Below, piece after piece: positions 38,701 to 53,700 of a DNA stretch of 64,000 nt (the stretch's first letter is position 1; the number at the start of each line of letters is the position of its first letter). The notes beneath the pieces were generated by a model that was not told the origin of the DNA, did no database searches, and saw only the letters and a program-made list of their open reading frames with translations. Position numbers and translations under genes: made by a program. The stretch is from Trichoplax sp. H2 (taxonomy: Eukaryota). Location of the stretch: the NCBI GenBank assembly GCA_003344405.1, contig NOWV01000271.1:1-64000 (forward strand), written 5' to 3'.

Positions 38701-41700
38701 ATGGATATTGGGCCAGACGTCATAGTAGGATTCAGTAAAACATGCGCCTTGTAGGAAGTTATTTTCTAAATTTCTGAAAATTTGAGTTATACAAAACGAA
38801 CATTACAAACTATAACTGTTTATGTCATATCGGCACTGAAGCAAAACTTTTTTAAGTTTAACCTTATGTATTGCAAACTAATATTAATTTGATTGCAATT
38901 AAAATTTTTAAATGAATTTATATATGTCCGTAACGTATACAGTATGATTTCATGCACTCTTACATGATCTCTAGGTTCGGAAATTGAATTCCGTTACTTG
39001 TAATTTCTTCTAGAAAATTTCTAGTATAATGTCTATCATGAAAATTTTTATCAATAATTTGGCTAACGATTCATGGTTAACGATTACTGTTGCCTTAATA
39101 TTACGAAAGTTCCCATTTGTAGAATAAGCTGGTAAGTCTACAGAGATAGCATTATAGTTATTTTACTGAAGCCAAAATACGATACAGTATTCATCAAATT
39201 TAACGTCGAATTAGAATATTTTATGAGGTTAATGAAAAACGTGTTTCATAACATTACATTGATCAATAAATTCCTTGTAATAGCTTTATAATACATTTCT
39301 TACATAATTTTTAACATAAGAGTTGACTTACAGCTCTTTTAAAATTCGATTTGTTCGATTAAATAAGATTCTAAGATCGAGTCTATGGATACCAATTTTA
39401 CTGATATATCTGTAATAGAATAAGTATTGATGTAAATTGGTAGATAGTAAAAGAAACCTATAATATGACGTAAAATATTTCAGTGAAATGTATATTTGAT
39501 GACGTTTAATTTAGGTGAATCACAGAACGATAGAATTCTATTAGTTTTAATTATTGCTAAATTACAATGTTTTAACGTTGTTTTGAAGTGAAGAGAGCAC
39601 TCCATAGTCTCCTTCTTCTCTTTTCCGTTCTATGCGGTATCCACTAATATCTCTATATATCGAAATGATATATTATATATAAATTTGGTTCACAGGATGC
39701 TATGGCCTAGATTAGTTCTTTAAAATTGTACTTGACTAAAACCAGCATGAAAATTATTTTAGTTTAGACTAAAATAAACAGTTATCTATTATTAGACCAA
39801 AACAGGCATTTGGAAATGGATACTTAAAGCTAATGCATCTCTGATACATGGCCGCAAGTGCAACCAGTCATGAATAGTGGTTAACTCACATCGAAAATGA
39901 TTGGCAACGTGATATATTTTCTGCTGCGCATTCATAAGGGAGCAAGGGTAGAAATTCATTAATCGCTTCTAAGACATTTTGCGTTTCTAGATATTTATTA
40001 AATCCCAAATTGCTAAAGGAATTCAAGAAAGAATAGTTTAAAATAATCATGTTTTAGGAATCTTATACTAAATTTTAATAAATATAGAAGCCGAAATTTA
40101 ATGGTTTATAGGTAAATGGTAACGTGAAATGGTATGATGCTAACACTTACTAGATTCTAGTGCTTTCTTTCAGATAATAGAAGAATTCTTTAGGTAATGC
40201 ACTAATGTTGTTCTCTGCTATTTGACTAAATGAAAAAATACATTTTATGTTATAAAATTTAAGGAAAAACTGTTACCTATAGTCATTTTGCAAAATGACC
40301 GATTTCGCGTGCGGCCTCGTTTATATACATTTCATAATCCGCGATGAAATCTTTATGGCAGCATAGTTATATTCTAAAGGTCGAACAAGAACTTTATGAA
40401 AATTTTAGCTACTTACAGTTCATGCAATTTATTCAAATGCCCGTTCTTTAATTTCTCTGCAATGTCATTATCTAACAAGTTTTTGTTTAGATTCCTATAT
40501 TAATTGGTATAAATAATGGTTATATTTATATACGAAACACCACGTTATGAATTTGAGAATTAAAATAGCAAAGCTGGTGATTTACTTTAATTAAGTAATT
40601 AGAAAAAGATTTAAACAAATTGTACGAAGCATACGAATAAAACTAGTGAGCTAGAAGTATGTTGTCGAATGCAAAGTTATTTAAATATTTACAGCGATTT
40701 TAAATTCGGTAACTCGTCATCCTGTTCCGTTATATTTGTAATCATATTGGATTGTAAATCCCTATAGAAATCCGAGATAAAATAGGTAACAATTTGATGG
40801 AAATAACATTTTAAAGAATATTTGTTTGAATAGTCATAGTAATTGATTCTCTAACATTGTCTCGATTTTGTTGTTGTTCTTAAAGGTATAAAATTCAAAT
40901 TCCGTTATCAAATTTTGTGCAATTATTCTGTAAGGAAATTTTAAGATGAAATTTTAGTACTTTTGATCGTTAACGATTATTTAAGCTGAACAAATATGTT
41001 ATACTCTCTACATTGCTTGTTATGCTACTGCATTGCAAATAAGAAATTACTTATTGTTGTAATATAAGATACTCTCAAATAGCCTTGTTAAAATCTGGGG
41101 TTAAATTTGATCTTAAATTGGTCTTGTATATGATGTGCGTATATTAATTCAATTGTAATGATATGGTACGGTAATCAATATATGGTTTAGGATGTACATT
41201 ATTGCCAAACTAATTCACCGTAAATCGCAAAGTATATTGAATTTAAATGATGGATCTACATGTTACAATGAGTATATTATTCTAACAAATTGATAACCTT
41301 TAGCTTCCTAGAGCCTAAAATATAACGTAATAGGATAGCTTAGCCATTGCTTATTCTGGTTTATACAGTTTGTAGGCAGTTGCGACAGTGTTATATACTG
41401 TATTAGAGTAGAAATATCTATGCTAAGATAATTCTGTTAGCCTATCCTTATTTAGTTAACTTCTAATTTGGATATACTGTGTTTTAATATAGCACTGACT
41501 GTTTATGACAGAGACGCATATACACATACTGAATTAATAGTTATAATAGGGAATGCAAATTATCTACTTACGGTTCGAATCATTGTGATTTTAACTTACT
41601 TATGGTATATTGTAAATTATCATGGAAATGTTCCGTGATAGGACATATCGTAATCTGACTATTCTGTATTAGTCATCAGATGTCTATGTTCGTAATTACT

Positions 41701-44700
41701 GTTGTCTACATTAGGGAGCAGTAGTTACTATTAATATCTAATTCAGTAAATGATTCTAAAGTTAATCATACTAACTGTGACTCATGGACTATTGAGGAAT
41801 AGTATATAAATACAGTATATCGTGCAATAAAATGGATTCTTAAACTTAGTGTTTAACGTAAAATACGAGGCGTTTAAGTCTTTATGTAGTCTGCTAGTAG
41901 AACAAAAGTGTTTCTGATAGTGCAGATATCGTTCCTTGATACGTGGTTCAAGGAATTGGCTTATTGATCGTACGTTACGTTATCTTGTTGCAAAGCTGTC
42001 TTGTGACAGAAGTGGTCATGATTTATGCTAATTACGCTAGTAAAGTTTATTAAAAATGTACGAGAAATAAGAAGTAAAGTAGTATATGACGTATCGTCAA
42101 ATGGTTATAGTACCTAATATATCACTGTAGAAACTAGCATTAGAAGGTTACTTCTGATAAATTAAAAATACAAGATGAATTTGCCAGATTAATTAAGAGT
42201 AAATTATAAATATTACACATTATTGCTTTTGCGGTAACTTCGGTTAAAACAATTGCTCACGAATTAATGGTGATTTGTCGATTATTAAACTGCTTCGATA
42301 TATCTTATAGTTGACGTTATTAAGCTACTTTTCAGAGCTTTATTAAAATTTCGTGGAAAACTACAAGGATAATTTCGTCTCAATCCTAGGCTACCTATAA
42401 GCTATCGTTTTAAATTTTATTTATAATATGCTCATAGTTCATCTATGTTATAAGATAATACATCACTTTTTGGTGATAGTGTATTAATTTCATTTATATA
42501 TACAACCATTAAATAGCCCTAAGCTTACTATTAAGCTTACAATTTACGTAAATTCGTTAAAGAGTTGAAAGCACCCTGAGGTATGAAGGAGATATTGTTA
42601 CTCGACAGATCCCTATTATTTCAAAAGGATAGAATGACTCTCATATTAATAATGGTTGAGATGTACGAAAAGTTCAGTTTTGATAATCGTATGAAACAAC
42701 AATTCTGCGAAAAGTTTTATTCGCAAGATTGCTAATGTAAAATGGCTGTATAAAACATTAGAGAATAAATTCATAAATATCTAAATAGATAATCTATAAC
42801 TTACAGTTCTTGTAAAGTATTTAAATTTTCAAGTGATTGGCTCTTGACGACAGTTAAATGATTTTTACTGAGGACGCTAATAGAAGTATAATGTTTTGGA
42901 ATATTTAGTTAAAGCTACTAGCTTGAACAGCTAAAAGAAGCAATAAGTTGAAGCAAAAAGGTGAAATAATCAGTAGCTTACAGCTTTGATAACTTTGATA
43001 AACCACTGAAGGACAAATTATCCCAGGAATACAAATTGATATTTTCCAAATGCCTGTGAGAGAAAATATAAACGCCCAATATATTGTAATTAAATGAATG
43101 TAGTATAGCTCCAGAAATTTATTTAAAGTTGATGTTTGTGTTTGCAAGACGAAATAATTTAAGCAATTAAGCAATATTTTAAAGAAAATACTTATTTCGA
43201 TTACTATTTGTCACTTGAAAAGGTACAAAAATAGCCGAAACCATCTTTGAAGATAGATTCGATTGAACTATTTGTAAGATAGCAGTATTACAAATAATTG
43301 CATAATAACTTATTAAAGAACTTTTGAAAATTTACATTACTTACAATTCTATAATATTAGAAAGACCCGATAATGCTTTAGCTTCGAACTTCTGAAATGG
43401 ATTGCACGATAGGTTTCTGAAGTAAAAATTTAATTATGTGTAAGAGACTTAGAATGGTTATAAGATAGTTGATAATTAGTAACCTTTTAGATGCATCATT
43501 TACATTAACAGCAACCATATTTTAATATTTTGACAATTTTTGTACGATTTACTTACATAATGGCATTTATTTAATGATTTATTACTTACAAAATCTCTAA
43601 TTGATGCAGATTTTCGAATTTTTGAAAGTGGCTTAATTGATTATAGGATGCTGAACTAGAATTTATAAAAGACTTTAATAATGGGCTTAAATCGTAAATC
43701 GCCTCGTGACTCATTGTAAAAACTGAATACTTTTAAAATAAATGCCTCCGTAATTTGACTGCATTGTTACTTCAGGTATTATTTTTATAAGACTGCGGTT
43801 ACAATATTATTTCCTTCGAGCACTTTGCAGTTTTTACAGGTAGCTGAATAATAATTTAAAATATGTTTCTTCCATAATTAAATGGATTACAGATATTTAT
43901 GAATGCATGAATAACTCAAATTTAAAATACATCTCTGTCAAAAGAATATTGTAACTGAATGCTTAGCTTCTTCAGTATTTATTTTTGAGTTGATACTTAC
44001 AGAACCTTTACATTAGGCATCATAGAAGTAAATTTCAAATTTCTTAGGTAATTAGTATCAAGGTAACTATATTTGCAAGAATTCGAGCATTAAACCTTTT
44101 TAGTGTCATTGTAGACATGGCTATAGCACATTTTTGCAATTTGTAAATTTAATAGTGCTGCTAGTAGTTATGATGATATGGAAATGAAGACGTGAAACAT
44201 TGAAAATTTATAAGCTAGCGCACTTAACATACATTTCCTTCAATTGTTTTGCTGATTGAAAAGCTTGCAGATGTATGGAAGAGATTCGATTATGCGACAT
44301 ATCTCTGAAATTGAAAACATGTTTGAGGCTTGATTAGAAAGTCTCGTATATAGAAGCTAAAATTTTTTAAAGTCAATTGATATTGATTGACTCTGTAATT
44401 ATATAAGATAGGTATTAATTAACCAAATAAAATGTTATCAAATAATGTATGTGTTTTTGCATAATATTTAATTTTAGGGGCTAAAAATGATACGTAATGA
44501 AAATTTTACTTACAGCTTTTTTATGTTATTTATATTCATCGATTCTTTCATATCATGGATGCCAATTTTGGCAATAAAATTGTAATTTATATATCTGATA
44601 GTTGAAAAATAATTTTAAGCAAAGATAACAATTTAAATTGGTTTCAATCAAGATCAAGGCATGATTGTAACGCATACTCATGATTATTTTCATACCCAGA

Positions 44701-47700
44701 AAACTTACAGATTTGTGATTAGTGATATATTTCGAATTCGTAAGTGGGATAATTGGGTCAGGTAGTTGAATGATAAATTACTGTGTAATAATTACAAACG
44801 GCATGATTGTATGGAAACTAAGATAACATTGCTATATCTTTATCTTCAACGAAAGCAGATTTTATAATGATTACTTACAATGACTCTACCAAGTAGACGG
44901 AATTAATACTTTGAATCTTGGATATGGAATTGTAGGAAAAATCTCTGAAAGTAAACAAAATTTACAGTCTTACGGTTTCTATTTATTTAAAACTTTTTTA
45001 AACTAGATTTTGTTGAGCGATATTTAACTACAGCTAGAATGCAGACCAAGTACAATTTTATGCTTTCTATATATGCTTTGACTTACATAGATGTAAAATT
45101 GAAATATTCGGTTTGGGGTTGCCAGCTAATGCTTCGAAAGAGATTTCTGGACAGATTTCTATTAGTGTTAATGAAAAGATAGTCGAACGCATTTGTTCAG
45201 ATTAATTAATTACAATCATTTGTGAAAGTAGTCATATGAGGTTTTATAATGCCTAAGTTTTGTGATATTAAAGATTCTAAGGTGTTATCATGACCTAAAA
45301 AGCTCTTACTGTCAGAAAATAGAATATAATCAAGTGCTTAAGCTAGCTTTCGACAAAAAACTCACAATATTTTCATTTTTGATAGAGCATGTCCTGGGAA
45401 TGGGAATAGCTTTACCAAGTTTGCTCCCATCAGATTTCTATCCAAATTATAAGATCACCAGCGTTTAATATTATGTACATCTTGAAAAACTTCTGCCACT
45501 TATGATGTAAGAGATTTTTACTATCATGCTGAATATTTAGGCTATCTACTTACAGAAATTATTATGCATATATCTTCTACGTATAAAGTAACCAAGTATT
45601 ATGATTGTAAACTATTGGCCATATTTAGTGTGATGTACGGTAGTGCTTTTTCTACATTTATCTTAAGATATATTTAGTAGCCCATAATTATAGACTGTAA
45701 GGATAGACTCTATGCTAAAGTACAGATGGCTATATGCAGTAAGATGATGAGCTACTAATAAGGTTAGAGGCAGAAATAGAATCGTAAATCCTTTATTAGA
45801 ATATCCTTAATTCATTGTACTTAGAGTGGTAGGAATAATGTGTACTAAAATACTGTAATCATTTTTATATTAGATTAATGACGGTTCGCAATAAAATATT
45901 TTGCCTAATAATAAGCTGAATAGGTGTAAAATATGATAGAATGCTGCCATGCTGATTGCAGCTGTGCAAGACATGGAGAGTATAATATCAGGAGACATTA
46001 GATTATCTGATTGCTCTTTCTAGAAGTCTCTCAGAAGTTGTATTGTGTTAGGGTAGAGCCGTTTGTAGCTTGTCTTTGTTCTAATAAAGTTCTAGTTCTC
46101 TACAACTTTATAATTTTCGTTTTCGGACTTTTATCCCTTTATGCCTACTCTTTTAATCAGAATTCGATACTGAAATTCTTATTTTTTATCTTTTAAGTAT
46201 AGGTGCTTCAATCACATTAAATTAAAGTTCTTACCGATAAATCACCGATGTGCATGAAATATACTGGTTAAGTTTATAGAGTAAAGAACTTAGAATATGA
46301 TTTTTATATCTAAACTAATAACTTTATAAACAAGTTCTAAAATTTAGATGCTTACAGGTATGTTAAGTTTCTTAAGTTTGCTAAGGAATTTCCAGAAATG
46401 TGATTCAGCGGATTGTTGCCTAAATTTCTTCAGAGAAAAATATATCCATTAGCTAATTTAATGTTCTAGAATAAGAATGGCCTGATGATATGCTGTATGA
46501 TAACTGTTGATTTATATTTGAGTTAAATTTTAATTATCAATAAAAATATTCATACAATATCTGCAGGTTATTTAAACCTTCAAGTTGATTTTCTATCAAT
46601 GATATGATATTATTTTGCTGTAATTGCCTGTATAATTATACAATCATTGTCATAATATCACTTAAGTTGTTCAATCCCGAATAGATTTTACAATCCTAAA
46701 ATATCAATAAGAATATTAATTTATAGCTTTACTGCTTTGAATTACGTATTAAGAAAGTCATTTGTTAAGGCTGTTGCTAATCATAACTTAAAGGAGAAAC
46801 TTTCTCACAGCTTTTGCAACTTTCTTAGGTCTTGAAAAGTATAAGGCGGAATTTTCGATACCAAATTGTTACGAAGACACCTAAAATTTTACCAAGTATA
46901 AGTATAGAAAAGTATGTTCTGCATTTTATCGTTCATAAATTAAGGTCAATGTAAATTATATGAGTAGTATACAAAATATCCGGTTTCATTCTCTCACAAA
47001 ATTTGTAGATTTATTAGGTCTCGAAAGGAAATTGTTTTTAAATCCCGAATCTGGTTGTTTTCCAAATTTCTGCAATTGTATTCAAAATATTTTAGAGCCT
47101 CAACTTAACTAGAATAAATCATTAGCAAGCTTAAGCTCATAACATGATTATTTGCACATTAATGTAAATATTAATGTAAGCATTAAACTTTTAATTTATT
47201 AAAAACTCACAAGGTTAAGCTAATATCTTACATCTTACTGTTAATTTTACCATTTTTGCATGAAAATACGATATATTTTTAGAGATCATTTAAGTAACTC
47301 TTACAAAATTTCAATGGAAGTTAAATTCTGAAAGACACTGCTAGATATGAAATCAGTACCGATTTTATTGAAACTTAAATCCCTAGAAAAATAATGATGG
47401 AAAGTTATTTGATTAGTTGATACATTGAAGCTAAATTAATAAAAATGGGAAAATGCAGTAAAGGCTCTGCATAATAAGATTTAAATTTCTATTCACAAGT
47501 CAACCGTACAATAAATGTAATTTAGGCAAATTTCGGAATGGATTAGTAATTAGGCTGATGTTATTTCTGTTTAGTCGCCTTTTGATGGACAAACATATTT
47601 ATAAATTTTACGTTATGAAGCCAATATACAAGGTTGCAGCTAATAAAATTATGATCAAAGTTAGTTTATAGATCTGTGCCAAAGTATTAACATAGATACT

Positions 47701-50700
47701 ATATATTTATTATGATATCAGGTATATCTTACAGGTATTTTAATTCCGGCAAATCATGAAACATGTTTTGATCTAAACGACTGATTGAGTTTTCATTTAA
47801 ACAACTGTAAATCGTTAGATAAAGAACTTAATTAATTGACGAAAGGTTATCAGTTTTGAATATTATATTGAAGTTTACAGCAGATGAAATAAATTTTTGT
47901 TGAAATGTAGGCATATGCAGTACTATATAGGTTCTTACATGTCTACTACATCGACAAGATTCTGAAAACTTTCTTGGCTAATTTCTTTAATTTCATTTTC
48001 TGCTAGGTTGCTAATAAAAAATCATAAGCTACCCAATTTTATTTGCTGTAGCATTAAAGTTATGCAAAAATTGAAATAAATTCTCCCTTACATTTTAATT
48101 AATCCGGCTAGATACTTTAAATCATCTTTTAAGATATTATTGATACGATTATGATCTAAGTGTCTAAGGGAAAAAAATTATAAAATTAATCTCATTATAT
48201 TTCGTAGGGGAAATACAAAAATGGTCATGTAACTATGTTATTGTTGCGAAGTTACAGCAGAGCATAGTTTTCAAAATATGGTTTAATTAAGTAGGAATTT
48301 ATTAAAATTCTTTATCTATTATGCCTTACATTTTATAATAGATAACTGCTAATTTTATAATTATTTGTGTGTAAAGATAATGGATAGCTATTTAGATTAA
48401 TTATATAACGTTGATTTTAATATGAACTTTGGATTCAGTATTGTCTAAAGAGGCGTATAGTTTACTGTAATGTTCTGACAATGAAGAGAGCGTTAATATT
48501 TACTTCCATATTGTAAGTAGATGCAAGGGAAGACAGACCTGGTGGTAGGCTGGTAATGTATATTGGCAATCAATGGTTTTAAATTCTCCGGTAACAAATT
48601 TCGATTAGCAACAGTAAACAGAAATGTACTAATAAGTTCACAGCATCTGTCGTATTTTGTGAAGTTACATATGGTAAACAGTACTTTCTTAGGTTAGGTT
48701 ATTCAATTGGATATGTAGATATTTAGAAAGGTTACATATATAGCTCATGTTATTCGATTTGAACACTAAGTTTGGTATAAAGTATTGACCGTAGTTTTGT
48801 AATGATAAGCGCAATTTCAAAGGCGTGAATAGTTAATTTAGACAGTAGGTGATGCTGAATCAGATTTATCTAAGAGTATATGTCTTCGTGTTTGTCATGA
48901 TACCTCTTGATATCTAAGTTAAAACAATATGTTTATGTGTATTCTGTGGTCTATATAATGAGGATCAGTTTTAAAAATAAAGGTAGAGTTATACGATCTT
49001 AGATCTCTAGATACTAATCAGATAGGAGTTTAAACTATTGCCTAGTGACAGCATTAAATGTAATACTAGAGTAATATGATACTGTGTGTTATCGCGTAGG
49101 CTATAGTAACGTGGTCAATATTATGGAGCTAATAATACAAATACAAGTATGGTCATGTTGTTAATACAAAAGGATACTCCATTTTAAGTTTCGTAGGAAA
49201 CTATAGTAATCGTAGAATTTTCGTTCTTATACTGAGTCTAGAAGTTAAGAGATTTTGTTCAGTAATTCTTGTTACGATCTTCGGGTTGTAAAAGGGCTAA
49301 GGATATGAGCAGTTAAGGTAACGTAATCTGTCTTTTGTACTTGAGATTATATTCTGCAGTTGAAGACTTCTATTAATGAGAGCCCTCTAATGAATTGTTT
49401 TACTCTGAATCATTTGGGATTAGAATTATTGGAGAATTAGAAAAAACAGATTTAATACAACTAGAAATACTTGTAGATGATTTAAACAGTTCGATTTGAG
49501 GAATAGAAAACAATCTGATAAATAGTTATTTACAGATGCATTAATTCGGTCTGATTCTGAACTATCCAATTTTTTACTTGGTTGTGGCTGCCTTTCCTAG
49601 ATACAAGTTGGTAATTATTTTGATTAGAATTTAATTATAGCTAATGCAATGGTTTTAGTGGACCATTCTCTCGTAATATAGAGCAAAATAGTGAAAATTC
49701 TGATGAACTTTGAATATCTTACAAAGTAATCAAATTTGGAAGTACGTCCAAGACGCTAATTTCCATAATCGCGATCTTATTCCATTCTAAATTTCTAGAT
49801 ATTAAATAAGATGATTTTAAAGCCTTGATTAGCTATACTTAATACTATCTTAGAGTCCTATTCATAGCTGTAATTTTGAGCTGCTAAATTTTTAAATCGC
49901 CAGGAATTTGCACTTTGGCAGCGTTGATCTGAGAGTTATCATACATTGTATTATCTATAAGCTTACAAATGCCTTAAATTATCCAGTCCATTAAATGCTC
50001 CGGCTTCAATTGTTGCTATTTCATTACACTGTAGTTCTCTGTTAGGAAATTACATTAACTTAAGAAATAAGAACTGACAGTAACCTTGAAGAATATGATG
50101 ATTAAACTTAAGACTTGATATTATTACATTCTTTAATACAATTTATACCAGTTTTATCAAATAAGCATATGTAATGAATATTATTAGGGAAAATTTAATT
50201 TACTATATGATTTGGTTTTAACTTACAATATTTCTAAACTGGCAAATGGAAAGAATGCATTGTTTTTCAACTCCTTAATGATGTTATGGCTAATGGACCT
50301 TTAAGTAAAATGAATGTGACTTAGAACTTTTATTCATAAAGTCATACTAGTAGAATGCCTTTGGAAAAGATTAAAATGGGTTCATCCTGTTCATGCTAGC
50401 GTTTTTGTGCAATGGTGGAAAATCAAGAAACTGCTTTGCAATAAAGTAACGTAGTTTACGATTTATAGGTCATGTTACTATACAAGGTATTAGGGCATAA
50501 TATTCGCTTTATCAGGAGTACTATTGCTCTACAAACAGGAATGACTTAAATACCACTCCGTCTACGTTAAATATTGATTCTTTAGAAGTCTAGTTATTAT
50601 ACAATGGATCGTGATTTGCATAGATTGAACACTTCTATATAGTTCATGCGTCCTAGTTGGCTAGCTAGGCGTTAAGCTTTCCAATGAATTAGATGGCGAT

Positions 50701-53700
50701 TTTACATTCAAATATCTAATAAAGATAGTGGTATTTAAATATATTAATATCTAATGACTAGATGCTTAGGTTATATTATGTCCTTACATAGAACGTTCTC
50801 TAATTAACGTAAAATCTACCGGCTTTGTCAAGGTTCGAACTACTGTGAAGAAATAAATGACTAAATTTAGTGAATTAACATTTTTGTATGGTAATTATAA
50901 TCACTTACAGTAGGAATCGCTGAAGTTATAATTTGTAACAGTAAATTATATGTTAGACTGCAATGCAATTCTTATATAGTAATGGAATACAGTACAAGCT
51001 CTTGTTATTGAAATTCTGCCTAATGTTAGATTCTAGGTGTATTGAAAAGACTGTATGAGAGGATATACTATAGTCCGATTACTGTAGGTGAAATCAGTCA
51101 GTAGATATCCATATTGATAATTATTGGTGTAAGATGATTCATTAATGTTTTAGCGGCTACCGAAAGATATTTAAGCTCAGCAGACTATTGAATAAAATCG
51201 GTTCTCTAGTTTTGTAATGTAGATGCAAAGTCGTCTTCGTTCTTGTGAGTAGTTAAGAGATACTGAATCCCGAAAACTTTAGAAATTTAGAAATTTGTTC
51301 TTACATAAATGTTATCGCAGAGCTGGTTTGTAATATGATCATAAACATTAACATTCTAATCTCTACAATGCAGTGTCTTAACATCGAATCATGGCATTCA
51401 TGCAAACTGTCAATGAGTAAATTGAAGGGAATAAATGATAAATGCTATTAGCTTAAATTACTGAATTCAAAGTAGCAATTAAAATTCGATTGATACAGTA
51501 TGAATGATCATCCACTCATTTTATTTGCAAGCTTGAAAACTAGGATAGACTGGAGAACTGAAAGTTTGTACTAATAATAATTCTTTCAAGTCGCTTTATT
51601 TATCTATAGCTACTTAATTATTATAACGATATAAATAACATATTGGCAACTTACAAACGTTGAACTTCATAAAGGTGCTTGAACTTGTTCGGGTAAATAC
51701 TCTCAATATTAGAGTACCCCAGATCGCTAGAACATCAGAAGATTACATGCTTTAACAGCGGTTTGTTTATTGATGGCTTATAATTCAAACTTGAAGATTT
51801 CTTAATCATTTCAACTAGGACAGGAAATAATGACACTCACATTTCCTTTAGCATTGGAAGGTGATTGTCAAAGAAATCCTGAATGTCACCTCTACCATCT
51901 AAGACTTTATTATAGTTTAAAATCCTATTGTGTCATTAAAGTTTGGATTACAGTTAGACACGAGATCAGGAGCAATCCACTTAGTATTACATCCATGAAC
52001 GGGTTAAAATTTAAGATTTTGTGAGGTTATTGAATATAGGTTGCTTTCATTAGTTAAAGGAATACATCTTTATAATACTTATTCCTTGAGGCCTAGGTGT
52101 AATTTTATTTCAGATAGCCTGACTAAAGTCGATGTTGACCGAATTTAAATAATGTAGCGGTATTCTCAGCTATAACTTGATATATCATAACATACTAGGG
52201 AGTTCTATGATAGACAAAGTCATTACACTGATCATACTACGTCGGCTAGAATCAGTTTTATCATCTACAACTTAAATATATTGTACAATTTATCAGAATT
52301 AAAACTTTATAGCTGAGAAAGTTTTTAGAAGAGTGTTTTTTAGAGATTTGAGAGGCACATTATTAGAATGAGGAATACTTATGACAGTATTTGATCATTT
52401 GTAGTTTATAACTTGTCTTTTCATCCTAAGTGCTTATCATATAAGGTTAATTAGAATCGTTACAAATCATTTTAATGACTACCTTAAACAATCTTTACTT
52501 GATCTTATCATATACTATTTGTTATAATTTAAGATTCTGTAGTAATATCATTGCACTAATTATCTGTTTAGCAATGACTGCTTTAAATGATTGATTCCAT
52601 TTCATAATTATGAAATAACATAATTCTCACAGAGTCTTTAGCATTGGCAGAGAGGCTATCCTTTGGTTTCCGATTTTGAAATGGCTTCGAATCATCGAAC
52701 TAAGAATATAACAAGAGTCTTTATATAGAGCTTAATCTACAACAAGGTGATGCTATATAAAGTGATAATTTAACTCTTACATGTTGGTAAGATTTGCTAA
52801 ATTATCGAAAGCTAGCGTTATTTCGTTACCAATACGAACATCAATTAATTCTCTAAAATTTAAAGGTAAGAGATTAGTACAATTTATCTATGTAACATCG
52901 TATACGCTTGCCTTTTACTTGATTTTAAACTGCTATAACTTTGAAAATTGATGTGATTATGTAATTTAAATTGCATGTCTATTGTTAATAAACTAAATGT
53001 TTTATTCATGATATTTAGATTTCAAGTAGACCTGATTTCGCTAGGATACCTTCTACTTACAATGATTGTAGGCTTAAGATGGATGAGAATGTGTTAGCTA
53101 ATATGCTATTAATTCTAGAATATCGAAATTTTCTAGTGACAGAACGAAGGAGAGCTGAATATCAATTGAAATGCAATTAAATAGCATTTGTCATCAAGTA
53201 ACACTTTTCCACCTATACTGAAGTACGATATAACTATTAATATTTACTAAAGTGGATTGGGCAATTAATGACTTACAAAGATTTTAAGTTCGTGCATTTG
53301 TCAAAAGCTTTGCCATCAATAATGTTGACATCAATTTTGCGGAATATGCTACGTGAACATGAAGATTGGATTATGAAGAAAATTTATTAAATATTATTAA
53401 ATTTTAAGCAGTCATTATATAGTAATCAGCAGTACAAATCGGAGTTCTGAAATTTAGAGCAAATGCAGTATTGCAATTACCGTTGCATTTTCCGTGGCAT
53501 CAAACATACGAAAACAGTATTAATACTTACATAGATTGATAGCTGTGACAGGAACTGATCGTATCCAAATAGTTTAATTTCACATTCTGAATCATTCTGG
53601 ATGTAAGTTATAGGTTTAATATCATTAAGTAATTTAATTGTTCACGGAATGTAATTTCATATTTAGCAAACCCAACGAGTAATTTTAGACTATCACAACA

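Noticed and set aside
42905..52024. ORFs 42905-43174, 45262-45468, 46011-46196 and 51830-52024
   Set aside because: Off-frame or antisense overlaps of LGR exons/introns, or repeat-derived.
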